Positions 27,741-40,548 of a stretch of 64,000 nt of DNA are shown here, in pieces. The position numbers and the translations under genes were made by a program. Source of the DNA: Mizuhopecten yessoensis (Eukaryota); NCBI RefSeq assembly GCF_002113885.1, contig NW_018479992.1:207226-271225 (forward strand), given 5' to 3'. Position 1 is the stretch's first letter. The number at the start of each line of letters is the position of its first letter. The notes beneath the pieces are model-generated. The model saw nothing but the letters and a program-made list of their open reading frames with translations. It was not told the origin of the DNA and searched no databases.

Positions 27741-27923
27741 GCGTTACACTGACCACTGAGAGTCATACTAGGTTTTGAGACTAATGAAAACACATAAAGG
27801 ATCATCTACACAAGATTTACAATACCAGTCTAAACGGACCAATACCTGATATATGCCTAATATACACTGGGTTACCATTGCAATATTGATTCTAGCTGAC
27901 AGGGGAGATAAACCACTGATAAA

Positions 27924-29012
27924 ATGTTCACACTGAGAGCTGCTCCTCATCACTATCCGGACTTTTGCTGGGGTCGACGACCATCAACTTGCAGACAGAC
28001 ATTCACCCCAAGACAAATGCCTCGGTATACCTACCCCTGGGACAGCTGCCTTTTTCAAGACTGGACGGACACCATGCTTCTACCCCTCTTTGAGTCTATG
28101 ATGAACCTTAAATCTGACAAACAGTATGGACAACACAAACGTCCTAAGGCCAAGAACTGGGTACGCAAACTGAATCTTAGAGGATATGGACCAGATGACG
28201 TCACGATCACCACCAAGGCGGGGTGTGTCCTCATCAAAGCCCGTCGCATAGAAGGGGAGGGGGACTGTTCTGACGTTTACGAGAGTAACAGATCCGTGAC
28301 TATACCGGAAGGGGTCGACGTCTGCTCCATGAAAAGTCACTTCTCATCAGATGGGGTTCTTACTATCATAGCAAATGTCACAATCGAGGACGAAAATAAG
28401 GAGTCTCTGGAGGTGCCTGTGGAGATCGTGAAGGAAAAACAAAAGTCCCTACCAGCTCAGGACGGAAAAGGGGACTCAAAAGGAGACACACAGAATAGCG
28501 ACGCCTTTGTGTATCCCGAGAGCGTTGGAAGCTTTATTGGGAAAGAGGACTTTGAGGTTGTTGAGCCTGAAAGGACAAATACCGACGGTGACCTTAACCT
28601 TCGGGGAACTGATCTCACAATTGACTTCGACCAATCTCTAACTGAAAATGGAGATGCAGGTCTGTGTCCTAATGAAGAACTTGAGATCCACCACGAGGAT
28701 GTGGAGACACATGTCGAGGAGGCGGTGGAGAAGTGTGAGGAGGATGGGAAGAGTGTAATCGACGAGACACAGAAGGCGTTCAAACTCTCCTTCAACAAAG
28801 ACCAGCTCGCCGGCGATGACGTCAAAGTGCTAGTCAAGGATAACTGTTTACTGGTCAAGTCCCAGAGTAAGACGTGTGAGGATGGGGTATCGCGATCAGT
28901 GTATTACGCCACACAACACACGTTACCAGACGACATTGACGTCAGCAAACTCTCGTGCTCAAAGAGATCTGACGGAGAGTTTCTTGTCACAGCTCCATAT
29001 ATAAGGAGTTAG
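27924..29012 (+). CDS. Intronless small heat-shock protein with two alpha-crystallin (HSP20) domains and an acidic linker (p40/major egg antigen-like), 362 aa
   Basis: ACD1: LNLRGYGPDDVTI...VLIKA...RSVTIPEGVD..SMKSHFSSDGVLTIIA. ACD2: FKLSF...AGDDVKVLVKDNCLLVK...TLPDDIDVSKLSCSKRSDGEFLVTAP. HSE/TATA promoter upstream. Confidence 0.9.
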   Translation: MFTLRAAPHHYPDFCWGRRPSTCRQTFTPRQMPRYTYPWDSCLFQDWTDTMLLPLFESMMNLKSDKQYGQHKRPKAKNWVRKLNLRGYGPDDVTITTKAGCVLIKARRIEGEGDCSDVYESNRSVTIPEGVDVCSMKSHFSSDGVLTIIANVTIEDENKESLEVPVEIVKEKQKSLPAQDGKGDSKGDTQNSDAFVYPESVGSFIGKEDFEVVEPERTNTDGDLNLRGTDLTIDFDQSLTENGDAGLCPNEELEIHHEDVETHVEEAVEKCEEDGKSVIDETQKAFKLSFNKDQLAGDDVKVLVKDNCLLVKSQSKTCEDGVSRSVYYATQHTLPDDIDVSKLSCSKRSDGEFLVTAPYIRS

Positions 29013-31778
29013 GCTTCGTGATGAACCAAATCCAAAGAGACAAGTACACACCTCCATGTGTATGATAAACTTTGAAAGATGTTCACAGCATAATTAATGA
29101 ATAGAGGAGAGTGATAATAACATGTGATTCTTAGATTCTATCTTGTGTTTTTTGAAAAGAATTTGTAATTAAAGGCGGATAAGCGTAATTTTTGTATGGA
29201 ATTATATTATTTTTGGTGTGTCTTACTTGCCATTGGTTAAACAATTTCTGTGTGAAAGGAAATCCGCTTGAACTGTAGTTTGGGATAATATGATGAGAAT
29301 ATTTAATTTTTGTATTTTAATCAAACATTGATTATTAACAGAACAGGCTTACATAAAACCTTTGTATGCAATAGATTTTTTTAATATGATACAAGTTTTC
29401 TTCGGAAAAACCCTTGTTTTTTTCTTCGCTTAAAAATATTACTGACATAGTATAATGGGACACATATATATTTATTTAAATGAGTTAATTGAATTAGGCA
29501 TTTGTAAAAGGTTGTGCAATATGTAACTTTCATAAACCTATAGGTATCGTGCGCTTGGTAATGAATTGAATTGAAATTGTATCGAATGATTAAGTTTTGT
29601 CTAAATGTAGTATACAATATTTGTTTTTAAAGTTTCCTAATATTTACATGACTCTGCATGCTGTTTCAAGTGAAAAGTAATTGTTTTCTGTCGAATGATA
29701 GACTGATCGTTGATATTCATTATAACATTGTAACTTCGTTAATCATTGCAGTTTGTTTCTGTTATAAAGCCATATATTATACTATTGAGTATTAGTCCTT
29801 GTTTGTGTTATAACAACACAGTCAATAAAAAAATAAATTTTTTTAATAATGCCTTCGTTTTGATATCTATTATAAAAGTATTCTGTGTACGCTAAGACAA
29901 TACATATACTTGTCACACGATGATGTGGTGGATGTATATTTCTCCCACAGCCACTTCAGGTTTCCTCACTCCCGACTCGTAGGATAAACCTGCTAAGAGT
30001 TGGTAAACAGTTTTGTTTACACACTAGTGGGAAACACCCTGGACGGGATTTCATTTGTCAATCTACCAATTATGCCGTCAGAAAACAGTGCATTGTGACT
30101 TCATTTTCCCTTGTGACGTCATAGTACAGCAACTGATTCCCAGCTCGGAAACAGGAACAATGTATTCCCAAGAAAAAACACACATGGGTTAAATGATAAT
30201 TTTTGAACGTTTTGGGAAAAAAGCTCTAGTTAGATAAACCTCGTGTCTTTACATTCTTAGAACGTTTACCAACTCGAGTTAAATGTAAACACGATAACCA
30301 ACCATCAATCGTTGGGGAACCTCTATTTGTCATACGATGCTGTCACGAACGTATACTTTAAATCATTCGTTTTCTCATCCTGGGATTACATAGACAGTTA
30401 AACTTTACTAGGAACATCTCCTAACCTTTTTCACATATGGAACAGTTGTCACTATTCATGACAAGTGATAAACACTTGGATGCGGTCGGCAAATCTTTCA
30501 CGTGAATTTCACCTGAAACGAGCTTATACATGAAATTCATTTATTCAACACTTTTTGGTTAGTGCCTGATATGATTACATCTAACATCATAGGATCAGTT
30601 CAAGCTCCCAATCATATTAGAAATATCTAAACCTTTTGTCACATTGTCTCTGCTTGTTTAAATTGACTTTAACGTATCGTCCGATATCTGCTACATACCC
30701 CCAAGAACGGATCTTTATCCATTTGCACTCACCATGTTAAACGATAACAGACAAACAAAATATTTGAAATTTTACATGGAATAATCCTGCATTAAGTCAA
30801 GTAATGTTTATCAGTAAATATGATATATATATAAAGAACAAATATGGTTGCATTTGTTATACGTTATAAACTATTACCACACGTCTATGTCTCACGTGGC
30901 GGATATAGCTCGCATTTTGGTTTACACACAAACTATTTCTGACATACAAAACGACGGTTACTGTAGGGATGCTGGAAGCTCCAGCGCGTCTACGCTTCCA
31001 GTAGGTGGTATGTTGTCATATATCACAGTAATGTACACTTAATCAATAGTTAATGTCAAGTCACCAAAATAAAGTCTTTATTCTCTTTTCAAGTGATAAT
31101 TGTGGCATAAATGTTTACATTGTAATGGGAGCCCATTGTATCTAGGACGATTATTTACTAGAGTATGTCCAGATGTGACAAAATATTCAATATAAAATAT
31201 GTATCCTTATACGTAAATAGATAAAACATAACCGTATATCAAAAAATGTCAGTCGTATAAATGGACTGTCACCATGATGACGAAATACAAGAATAGCCTG
31301 GTATACAGAATACCTACATTATCACTACATGTTAGCTAAATATAGATCTTATACGTCACTTGAAATTGTACATGAGCGATAACATATACTTATAACTAAA
31401 TTTATGTTTCTCACCTGGTATAGCCACAATGATGAAATGATATTAATGGTTAGTTCCCGAATTATCTAGACGTATATGGTACTACGTACGTTCTGTCACC
31501 TGAAACCTATTTATAGTAACATGTACGTTCTATAATTACTAGCCGTCCCTGGAAGTTTCTCGCGTTTTCTCCAGTAACCGTCGTTAGTATATAAGGCGTT
31601 ACACTGACCACTGAGAGTCATACTAGATTTTGAGACTAATGCAAACACATAAAGGATCATCTACACAAGATTTACAATACCAGTCTTAACGGACCAATAC
31701 CTGATATATACCTAATATACACTGGGTTACCATTGCAATATTGATTCTAGCTGACAGGGGAGATAAACCCCTGATAAA

Positions 31779-32867
31779 ATGTTCACACTGAGAGCTGCTC
31801 CTCATCACTACCCGGACTTTTGCTGGGGTCGACGACCATCAACTTGTAGGCAGACCTTCACCCCAAGTCAAATGCCTCTGCACACGTACCCCGGGGACAG
31901 CCGACTGTTACAAGACTTGACGGACACCATGCTACTCCCCCTATTTGAGTCTATGATGAACCTGAAATCTGAAAAACAGTATGGACAACACAAACGTCAC
32001 AAGGCCAAGAACTGGGTACACAAACTGAATCTTAGTGGATATGAAGCAGATGACGTCACGATTACCACCGATGCGGGGTGTGTCCTCGTCAAAGCCCGTC
32101 GCATAGAAGGGGAGGGGGACTGTTCTGACGTTTACGAGAGTAACAGATCTGTGACTATACCGGAAGGAGTCGACGTCTGCTCCATGAAAAGTCACTTCTC
32201 ATCAGATGGTGTTCTTACTATCATAGCAAATGTCATAATCAAGGACGAAAATAAGGAGTCTCTGGAGGTGCCTGTGGAGATCGTGAAGGACAAACAAAAG
32301 TCCCTACCAGCCCAGGACGGAAAGGGGGACTCAAAAAGAGACACACAGAATAGCGACGCCTTTGTGTATCCCGAGAGCGTTGGAAGCTTTATTGGGAAAG
32401 AGGACTTTGAGGTTGTTGAGCCTGAAAGGACAAATACCGACGGTGACCTTAACCCTCGGGGAACTGATCTCACAATTGACTTCGACCAATCTCTAACTGA
32501 AAATTGAGATGCAGGTCTGAGTCCTAATGAAGAACTTGAGATCCACCACGAGGATGTGGAGACACATGTCGAGGAGGCGGTGGAGAAGTGTGAGGAGGAT
32601 GGGAAGAGTGTAATCGACGAGACACAGAAGGCGTTCAAACTGTCCTTCAACAAAGACCAGCTCGCCGGCGATGACGTCAAAGTGCTAGTCAAGGATAACT
32701 GTTTACTGGTCAAGTCCCAGAGTAAGACGTGTGAGGGTGGGGTATCGCGATCAGTGTATTACGCCACACAACACACGTTACCAGACGACATTGACGTCAG
32801 CAAACTCTCGTGCTCAAAGACATCTGACGGAGAGTTTCTTGTCACAGCTCCATATATAAGGAGTTAG
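31779..32867 (+). pseudogene. sHSP copy 2 with nonsense codon GGA>TGA at 32505-32507 (possible 242-aa single-ACD product)
   Basis: Colinear with copy 1. The reading frame continues intact after the stop to the normal TAG at 32867. Confidence 0.8.
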
Positions 32868-35637
32868 GCTTCGTGATGAAACCAAATCCAAAGAGACAAG
32901 TACACACCTCCATGTGTATGATAAACGTTGAAAGATGTTCACAGCTTAATTAATGAATAGAGGAGAGTGATAATAACATGTGATTCTTAGGTTCTATCAT
33001 GTGTTTTGAAAAGAATTTGTAATTGAAGGCGGATAAGCGTAATTTTTGTATGGAATTATATTATTTTTAGTGTGTCTTACTTGCCATTGGTTAAACAATT
33101 TCTGTGTGAAAGGAAATCCGCTTGAACTGTATTTTGGGATAATATGATGAGAATATTTAATTTTTGTATTTTAATCAAACATTGATTATTAACAGAACAG
33201 GCTTACATAAAACCTTTGTATGCAATAGATTTTTTTAATATGATACAAGTTTTCTTCGGAAAAACCCTTGTTTTTTTCTTCGCTTAAAAATATTACTGAC
33301 ATAGTATAATGGGACACATATATATTTATTTAAATGAGTTAATTGAATTAGGCATTTGTAAAAGGTTGTGCAATATGTAACTTTCATAAACCTATAGGTA
33401 TCGTGCGCTTGGTAATGAACTGAATTGAAATTGTATCGAATGATTAAGTTTTGTCTAAATGTAGTATACAATATTTGTTTTTTTTAGAGTTTCCTAATAT
33501 TTACATGACTCTGAATGTTGTTTCAAGTGAAAAGTAAATGTTTTCTGTCGAATGATAGACTGATCGTTGATATTCATTATAACATTGTAACTTCATTAAT
33601 CATTGCAGTTTGTTTCTGTTATAAAGTCATATATTACACTATTGTGTATTAGTCCTTGTTTGTGTTATAACAACACAGTCAATAAAAAATCAAAAAATCT
33701 TAATAATGCCTTCGTTTTGATATCTATTATAAAAGTATTCTGTGTACGCTAAGACAATACATATACTTGTCACACGATGATGTGGTGGATGTATATTTCT
33801 CCCACAGCCACTACAGGTTTCCTCACTCCCGACTCAAAGGATAAACCTGCTAGGAGTTGGTAAACAGTTTTGGTTACACACTAGTTGGTAACACCCTGGA
33901 CGGGATTTCATTTGTCAATCTTCTAATTATGCCGTCAAGGAACATTGCATTGTGACTTCATCTTCCCTTGTGACGTCATAGCACAGCAATTGTTTCCCAG
34001 ATCGGAAACAGGAACAATGTATTCCCAAGAAAAACCACACATTGGTTAATGGATAAATTTTGAATGTTTTACGAGAAAAACTCTAGTTAGATAAACCTCG
34101 TGTCTTCATATTCTTAAAACGTTTACCAACTCGAGTTAAATGTAAACATGATAACCAGCCACCAATCGTTGGGGAACCTCTATTTGTCATACGATGCTGT
34201 CACGAACGTATACTTTAAATCATTCGTTTTCTCATCTTGGGATTACGTAGGCAGTTAAACTTTACTAGGAACAGTTCCTAACCTTTTTCACATATGGAAC
34301 AGTTGTCACTATTCATGACAAGTGATAAACATTTGGATGCGGTCGGCAAATCTTTCACGTGAATTTCACCTGAAACGAGCTTATATATGAAATTCATTTA
34401 AATAACACTTTTTGGTTAGTGCCTGATATGATTTACATCTAACATCATAGGATCAGTTCAAGCTCCCAATCTTATCAGAAATATCTAAACCTTTTGTCAC
34501 ATTGTCTCTGCTTGTTTAAATTGACTTTAACGTTTCGTCCGATATCTGCTACATAACCCCCAGAACGTATCTTTATCCATTTGCACTCACCATGTAAAAC
34601 GATAACAGACAAACAAAATATTTGAAATTTTACATGGAATAATCCTGCACTTAGTAAATTAATGTTTATCAGTAAATATGATATATATATAAAGAACAAA
34701 TATGGTTGCATTTGTTATACGTTATAAACTATTACCACACGTCTATATCTCACGTGGCGGATATAGCTCGCATTTTGGTTTACACACAAACTATTTCTGA
34801 CACACAAAACGACGGTTACTGTAGGGATACTGGAAGCTCCAGCGCGTCTACGTTTCCAGTAGGTGGTATGTTGTCATATATCACATTAATGTACACTTAA
34901 TCAATAGTTAATGTCAAGTCACCAAAATAAAGTCTTTATTCTCTTTTCAAGTGATAATTGTGGCATAAATGTTTACATTGTAATGGGAGCCCATTGTATC
35001 TAGGACGATTATTTACTAGAGTATGTCCAGATGTGACAAAATATTCAATATAAAATATGTATCCTTATACGTAAATAGATAAAACATAACCGTATATCAA
35101 GAAGTGTCAATCGTATAAATGGACTGTCACCATGATGACGAAATACAAGAATAGCCCGGTATACAGAATACCTACATTATCACTACATGTTAGCTAAATA
35201 TAGATCTTATACGTCACTTGAAATTGTGCGTGAGCGATAACATATACTTTATAACTAAATTTATGTTTCTCACCTGGTATAGCCACAATGATGAAAATGG
35301 TATTAAAGGATAGTTCCCGAATCATCTAGACGTATATGGTACTACGTACGTTCTGTCACCTGAAACCTATTTATAGTAACATGTATGTTCTATAGTTACT
35401 AGCCGTCCCTGGAAGTTTCTCGCGTTTTCTCAGTAACCGTCGTTAGTATATAAGGCGTTACACTGATCACTGAGAGTCATACTAGGTTTTGAGACTAATG
35501 CAAACACATAAAGGATCAACTACACAAGATTTACAATACCAGTCTAAACGGACCAATACCTGATATATCCCTAATATACACTGGGTTACCATTGCAATAT
35601 TGATTCTAGCTGACAGGGGAGATAAACCACTGATAAA

Positions 35638-36714
35638 ATGTTCACACTGAGAGCTGCTCCTCATCACTATCCGGACTTTTGCTGGGGTCGACGACCATCA
35701 ACTTGCAGACAGACATTCACCCCAAGGCAAATGCCTCGGTAAACCTACCCCGGGGACAGCCGCCTGTTACAAGACTTGACGGACACCATGCTACTCCCCC
35801 TATTTGAGTCTTTGATGAACCTGAAATCTGAAAAACAGTATGGACAACACAAACGTCACAAGGCCAAGAACTGGGTACACAAACTGAATCTTAGTAGATA
35901 TGGACCAGATGACGTCACGATTACCACCGATGCAGGGTGTGTCCTCGTCAAAGCCCGTCGCATAGAAGGGGAGGGGGACTGTTCTGACGTTTACGAGAGT
36001 AACAGATCCGTGACTATACCGGAAGGAGTCGACGTCTGCTCCATGAAAAGTCACTTCTCATCAGATGGGGTTCTTACTATCATAGCAAATGTCACAATCA
36101 AGGACGAAAATAAGGAGTCTCTGGAGGTGCCTGTGGAGATCGTGAAGGACAAACAAAAGTCCCTACCAGCCCAGGACGGAAAGGGGGACTCCAAAGGAGA
36201 CACACAGAATAGCGACGCCTTTGTGTATCCCGAGAGCGTTGGAAGCTTTATTGGGAAAGAGGACTTTGAGGTTGTTGAGCCTGAAAGGACAAATACCGAC
36301 GGTGACCTTAACCCTCGGGGAACTGATCTCACAATTGACTTCGACCAATCTCTAACCGAAAATGGAGATGCAGGTTTGAGTCCTTATGAAGAACTTGAGA
36401 TCGACCACGATGATGTCGAGGAGGCAGTGGAGAAGTGTGAGGAGGATGGGAAGAGTGTAATCGACGAGACACAGAAGGCGTTCAAACTGTCCTTCAACAA
36501 AGACCAGCTCGCCGGCGATGACGTCAAAGTGCTAGTCAAGGATAACTGTTTACTGGTCAAGTCCCAGAGTAAGACGTGTGAGGGTGGGGTATCGCGATCA
36601 GTGTATTACGCCACACAACACACGTTACCAGACGACATTGACGTCAGCAAACTCTCGTGCTCAAAGAGATCTGACGGAGAGTTTCTTGTCACAGCTCCAT
36701 ATATAAGGAGTTAG
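35638..36714 (+). pseudogene. sHSP copy 3 with early nonsense TAT>TAA at 35740-35742; downstream ATG 35788 could give a 308-aa double-ACD protein
   Basis: ATG at 35638 is homologous to copy 1, with a stop at codon 35. accATG at 35788 is in frame to TAG 36714. There is a 12-nt in-frame deletion in the acidic linker. Confidence 0.75.
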
Positions 36715-39459
36715 GCTTCGTGATGAAACCAAATCCAAAGAGACAAGTACACACCTCCATGTGTATGATAAACTTTGAAAGATGTTCACAGCTTAATTAA
36801 TGAATAGAGGAGAGTGATAATAGCATGTGATTCTTAGATTCTATCTTGTGTTTTTAAAAGAATTTGTAATTGAAGGCGGAAAAGCGTAATTTTTGTATGG
36901 AATTACATTATTTTTGGTGTGTCTTACTTGCCATTGGTTAAACAATTTCTGTGTGAAAGGAAATCCGCTTGAACTGTATTTTGGGAAAATATGATGAGAA
37001 TATTTAATTTTTGTATTTTAATCAAACATTGATTATTAACAGAACAGGCTTACATAAAACCTTTGTATGCAATAGCTTTCTTTTAATACGATACAAGTTT
37101 TCTTCGGAGAAACCCTTGGATTTTTCTTCGCTTAAAAATATTACTGACATAGTATAATGGGACACATATATATTTATTTAAATGAGTTAATTGAATTAGG
37201 CTTTTGTAAAAGGTTGTGCAATATGTAACTGTCATAAACCTATAGGTATCGTGCGCTTGGTAATGAATTGAATTGAAATTGTATCGAATGATTTAGTTTT
37301 GTCTAAATGTAGTATACAATATTTGTTTTTTAAAGTTTCCTAATATTTACATGACTCTGCATGTTGTTTCAAGTGAAAAGTAATTGTTTTCTGTCGAATG
37401 ATAGACTGATCGTTGATATTCATTATAACATTGTAACTTCATTAATCATTGCAGTTTGTTTCTGTTATAAAGTCATATATTACACTATTGTGTATTAGTC
37501 CTTGTTTGTGTTATAACAACACAGTCAATAAAAAATCAAAAAATCTTAATAATGCCTTCGTTTTGATATCTATTATAAAAGTATTCTGTGTACGCTAAGA
37601 CAATACATATACTTGTCACACGATGATGTGGTGGATGTATATTTCTCCCACAGCCACTTCAGGTTTCCTCACTCCCGACTCGTAGGATAAACCTGCTAGG
37701 AGTTGGTAAACAGTTTTGGTTACACACTAGTGGGTAACACCCTGGACGGGATTTCATTTGTCAATCTACTAATTATGCCGTCAGAAAACAGTGCATTGTG
37801 ACTTCATCTTCCCTTGTGACGTCATAGCAGAAACAGGAACAATGTATTCCCAAGAAAAACCACACATGGGTTAATGGATAAATTTGAACGTTTTAGGAGA
37901 AAAACTCTAGTTAGATAAACCTCGTGTCTTCATATTCTTAAAACGTTTACCAACTCGAGTTAAATGTAAACATGATAACCAACCATCAATCGTTGGGGAA
38001 CCTCTATTTGTCATACGATGCTGTCACGAACGTATACTTTAAATCATTCGTTTTCTCATCCTGGGATTACGTAGGCAGTTTAACTTTTCTAGGAAAATTT
38101 CCTAACCTTTTTCACATATGGAACAATTGTCACGATTCATGACAAGTGATAAACATTTGGATGCGGTCGGCAAATCTTTCACGTGAATTTCACCTGAAAC
38201 GAGCTTATATATGAAATTCATTTATGTAACACTATTTGGTTAGTGCCTGCTATGATTTACATCTAACATCATAGGATCAGTTCAAGCTTCCAATCATATC
38301 AGAAATATCTAAACCTTTAGTCACATTGTCTCTGCTTGTTTAAATTGACTTCAACGTTTCGTCCGATATCTGCTACATACCCCCCAGAACGTATCTTTAT
38401 CCATTTGCACTCACCATGTAAAACGATAACAGACAAACAAAATATTTGAAATTTTACATGGACTAATCCTGCATTAAGTAAATTAATGTTTATCAGTAAA
38501 TATGATATGCATATAAAGAACAAATATGGTTGCATTTGTTATACGTTTAAACTATTACCACACGTCTATATCTCACGTGGCGGATATAGCTCGCATTTTG
38601 GTTTATACACAAACTATTTCTGACACACAAAACGACGGTTACTGTAGGGATACTGGAAGCTCCAGCGCCTCTACGTTTCCAGTAGGTGGTATGTTGTCAT
38701 ATATCACAGTAATGTACACTTAATCAATAGTTAATGTCACGTCACCAAAATAAAGTCTTTATTCTCTTTTCAAGTGATAATTGTGGCATAAATGTTTACA
38801 TTGTAATGGGAACCCATTGTATCTAGGACGATTATTTACTAGAGTATGTCCAGATGTGACAAAATATTCAATATAAAATATGTATCCTTATACGTAAATA
38901 GATAAAACATAACCGTATATCAAAAAATGTCAATCGTATAAATGGACTGTCACCATGATGACGAAATACAAGAATAGCCCGGTATACAGAATACCTACAT
39001 TATCACTACATGTTAGCTAAATATAGATCTTATACGTCACTTGAAATTGTACATGAGCGATAACATATACTTATAACTAAATTTATGTTTCTCACCTGGT
39101 ATAGCCACAATGATGAAATGATATTAATGGTTAGTTCCCGAATTATCTAGACGTATATGGTACTACGTACGTTCTGTCACCTGAAACCTATTTATAGTAA
39201 CATGTACGTTCTATAATTACTAGCCGTCCCTGGAAGTTTCTCGCGTTTTCTCCAGTAACCGTCGTTAGTATATAAGGCGTTACACTGACCACTGAGAGTC
39301 ATACTAGATTTTGAGACTAATGCAAACACATAAAGGATCATCTACACAAGATTTACAATACCAGTCTTAACGGACCAATACCTGATATATACCTAATATA
39401 CACTGGGTTACCATTGCAATATTGATTCTAGCTGACAGGGGAGATAAACCCCTGATAAA

Positions 39460-40548
39460 ATGTTCACACTGAGAGCTGCTCCTCATCACTACCCGGACTT
39501 TTGCTGGGGTCGACGACCATCAACTTGTAGGCAGACCTTCACCCCAAGTCAAATGCCTCTGCACACGTACCCCGGGGACAGCCGACTGTTACAAGACTTG
39601 ACGGACACCATGCTACTCCCCCTATTTGAGTCTATGATGAACCTGAAATCTGAAAAACAGTATGGACAACACAAACGTCACAAGGCCAAGAACTGGGTAC
39701 ACAAACTGAATCTTAGTGGATATGAAGCAGATGACGTCACGATTACCACCGATGCGGGGTGTGTCCTCGTCAAAGCCCGTCGCATAGAAGGGGAGGGGGA
39801 CTGTTCTGACGTTTACGAGAGTAACAGATCTGTGACTATACCGGAAGGAGTCGACGTCTGCTCCATGAAAAGTCACTTCTCATCAGATGGTGTTCTTACT
39901 ATCATAGCAAATGTCATAATCAAGGACGAAAATAAGGAGTCTCTGGAGGTGCCTGTGGAGATCGTGAAGGACAAACAAAAGTCCCTACCAGCCCAGGACG
40001 GAAAGAGGGACTCAAAAAGAGACACACAGAATAGCGACGCCTTTGTATATCCCGAGAGCGTTGGAAGCTTTATTGGGAAAGAGGACTTTGAGGTTGTTGA
40101 GCCTGAAAGGACAAATACCGACGGTGACCTTAACCCTCGGGGAACTGATCTCACAATTGACTTCGACCAATCTCTAACTGAAAATTGAGATGCAGGTCTG
40201 AATCCTAATGAAGAACTTTAGATCCACCACGAGGATGTGGAGGCACATGTCGAGGAGGAAGTGGAGAAGTGTGAGGAGGATGGGAAGAGTGTAATCGACG
40301 AGACACAGAAAGCGTTCAAACTCTCCTTCAACAAAGACCAGCTCGCCGGCGATGACGTCAAAGTGCTAGTCAAGGATAACTGTTTACTGGTCAAGTCCCA
40401 GAGTAAGACGTGTGAGGGTGGGGTATCGCGATCAGTGTATTACGCCACACAACACACGTTACCAGACGACATTGACGTCAGCAAACTCTCGTGCTCAAAG
40501 AGATCTGACGGAGAGTTTCTTGTCACAGCTCCATATATAAGGAGTTAG
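39460..40548 (+). pseudogene. sHSP copy 4 with the same GGA>TGA nonsense (40186-40188) as copy 2
   Basis: Near-identical to copy 2 up to the stop. The frame continues to TAG 40548. Confidence 0.8.

Noticed and set aside
32505-32507. Selenocysteine or programmed readthrough at the TGA of sHSP copies 2 and 4
   Set aside because: The codon aligns to Gly (GGA), not Cys. The context is TGA-G rather than leaky TGA-C, and I recognised no SECIS.
28055-40154. Minus-strand ORFs overlapping the sHSP copies, and repeated intergenic ORFs (29381, 30848, 33235, 34706, 38526)
   Set aside because: Antisense shadows or AT-rich chance ORFs that recur only because the unit is duplicated.
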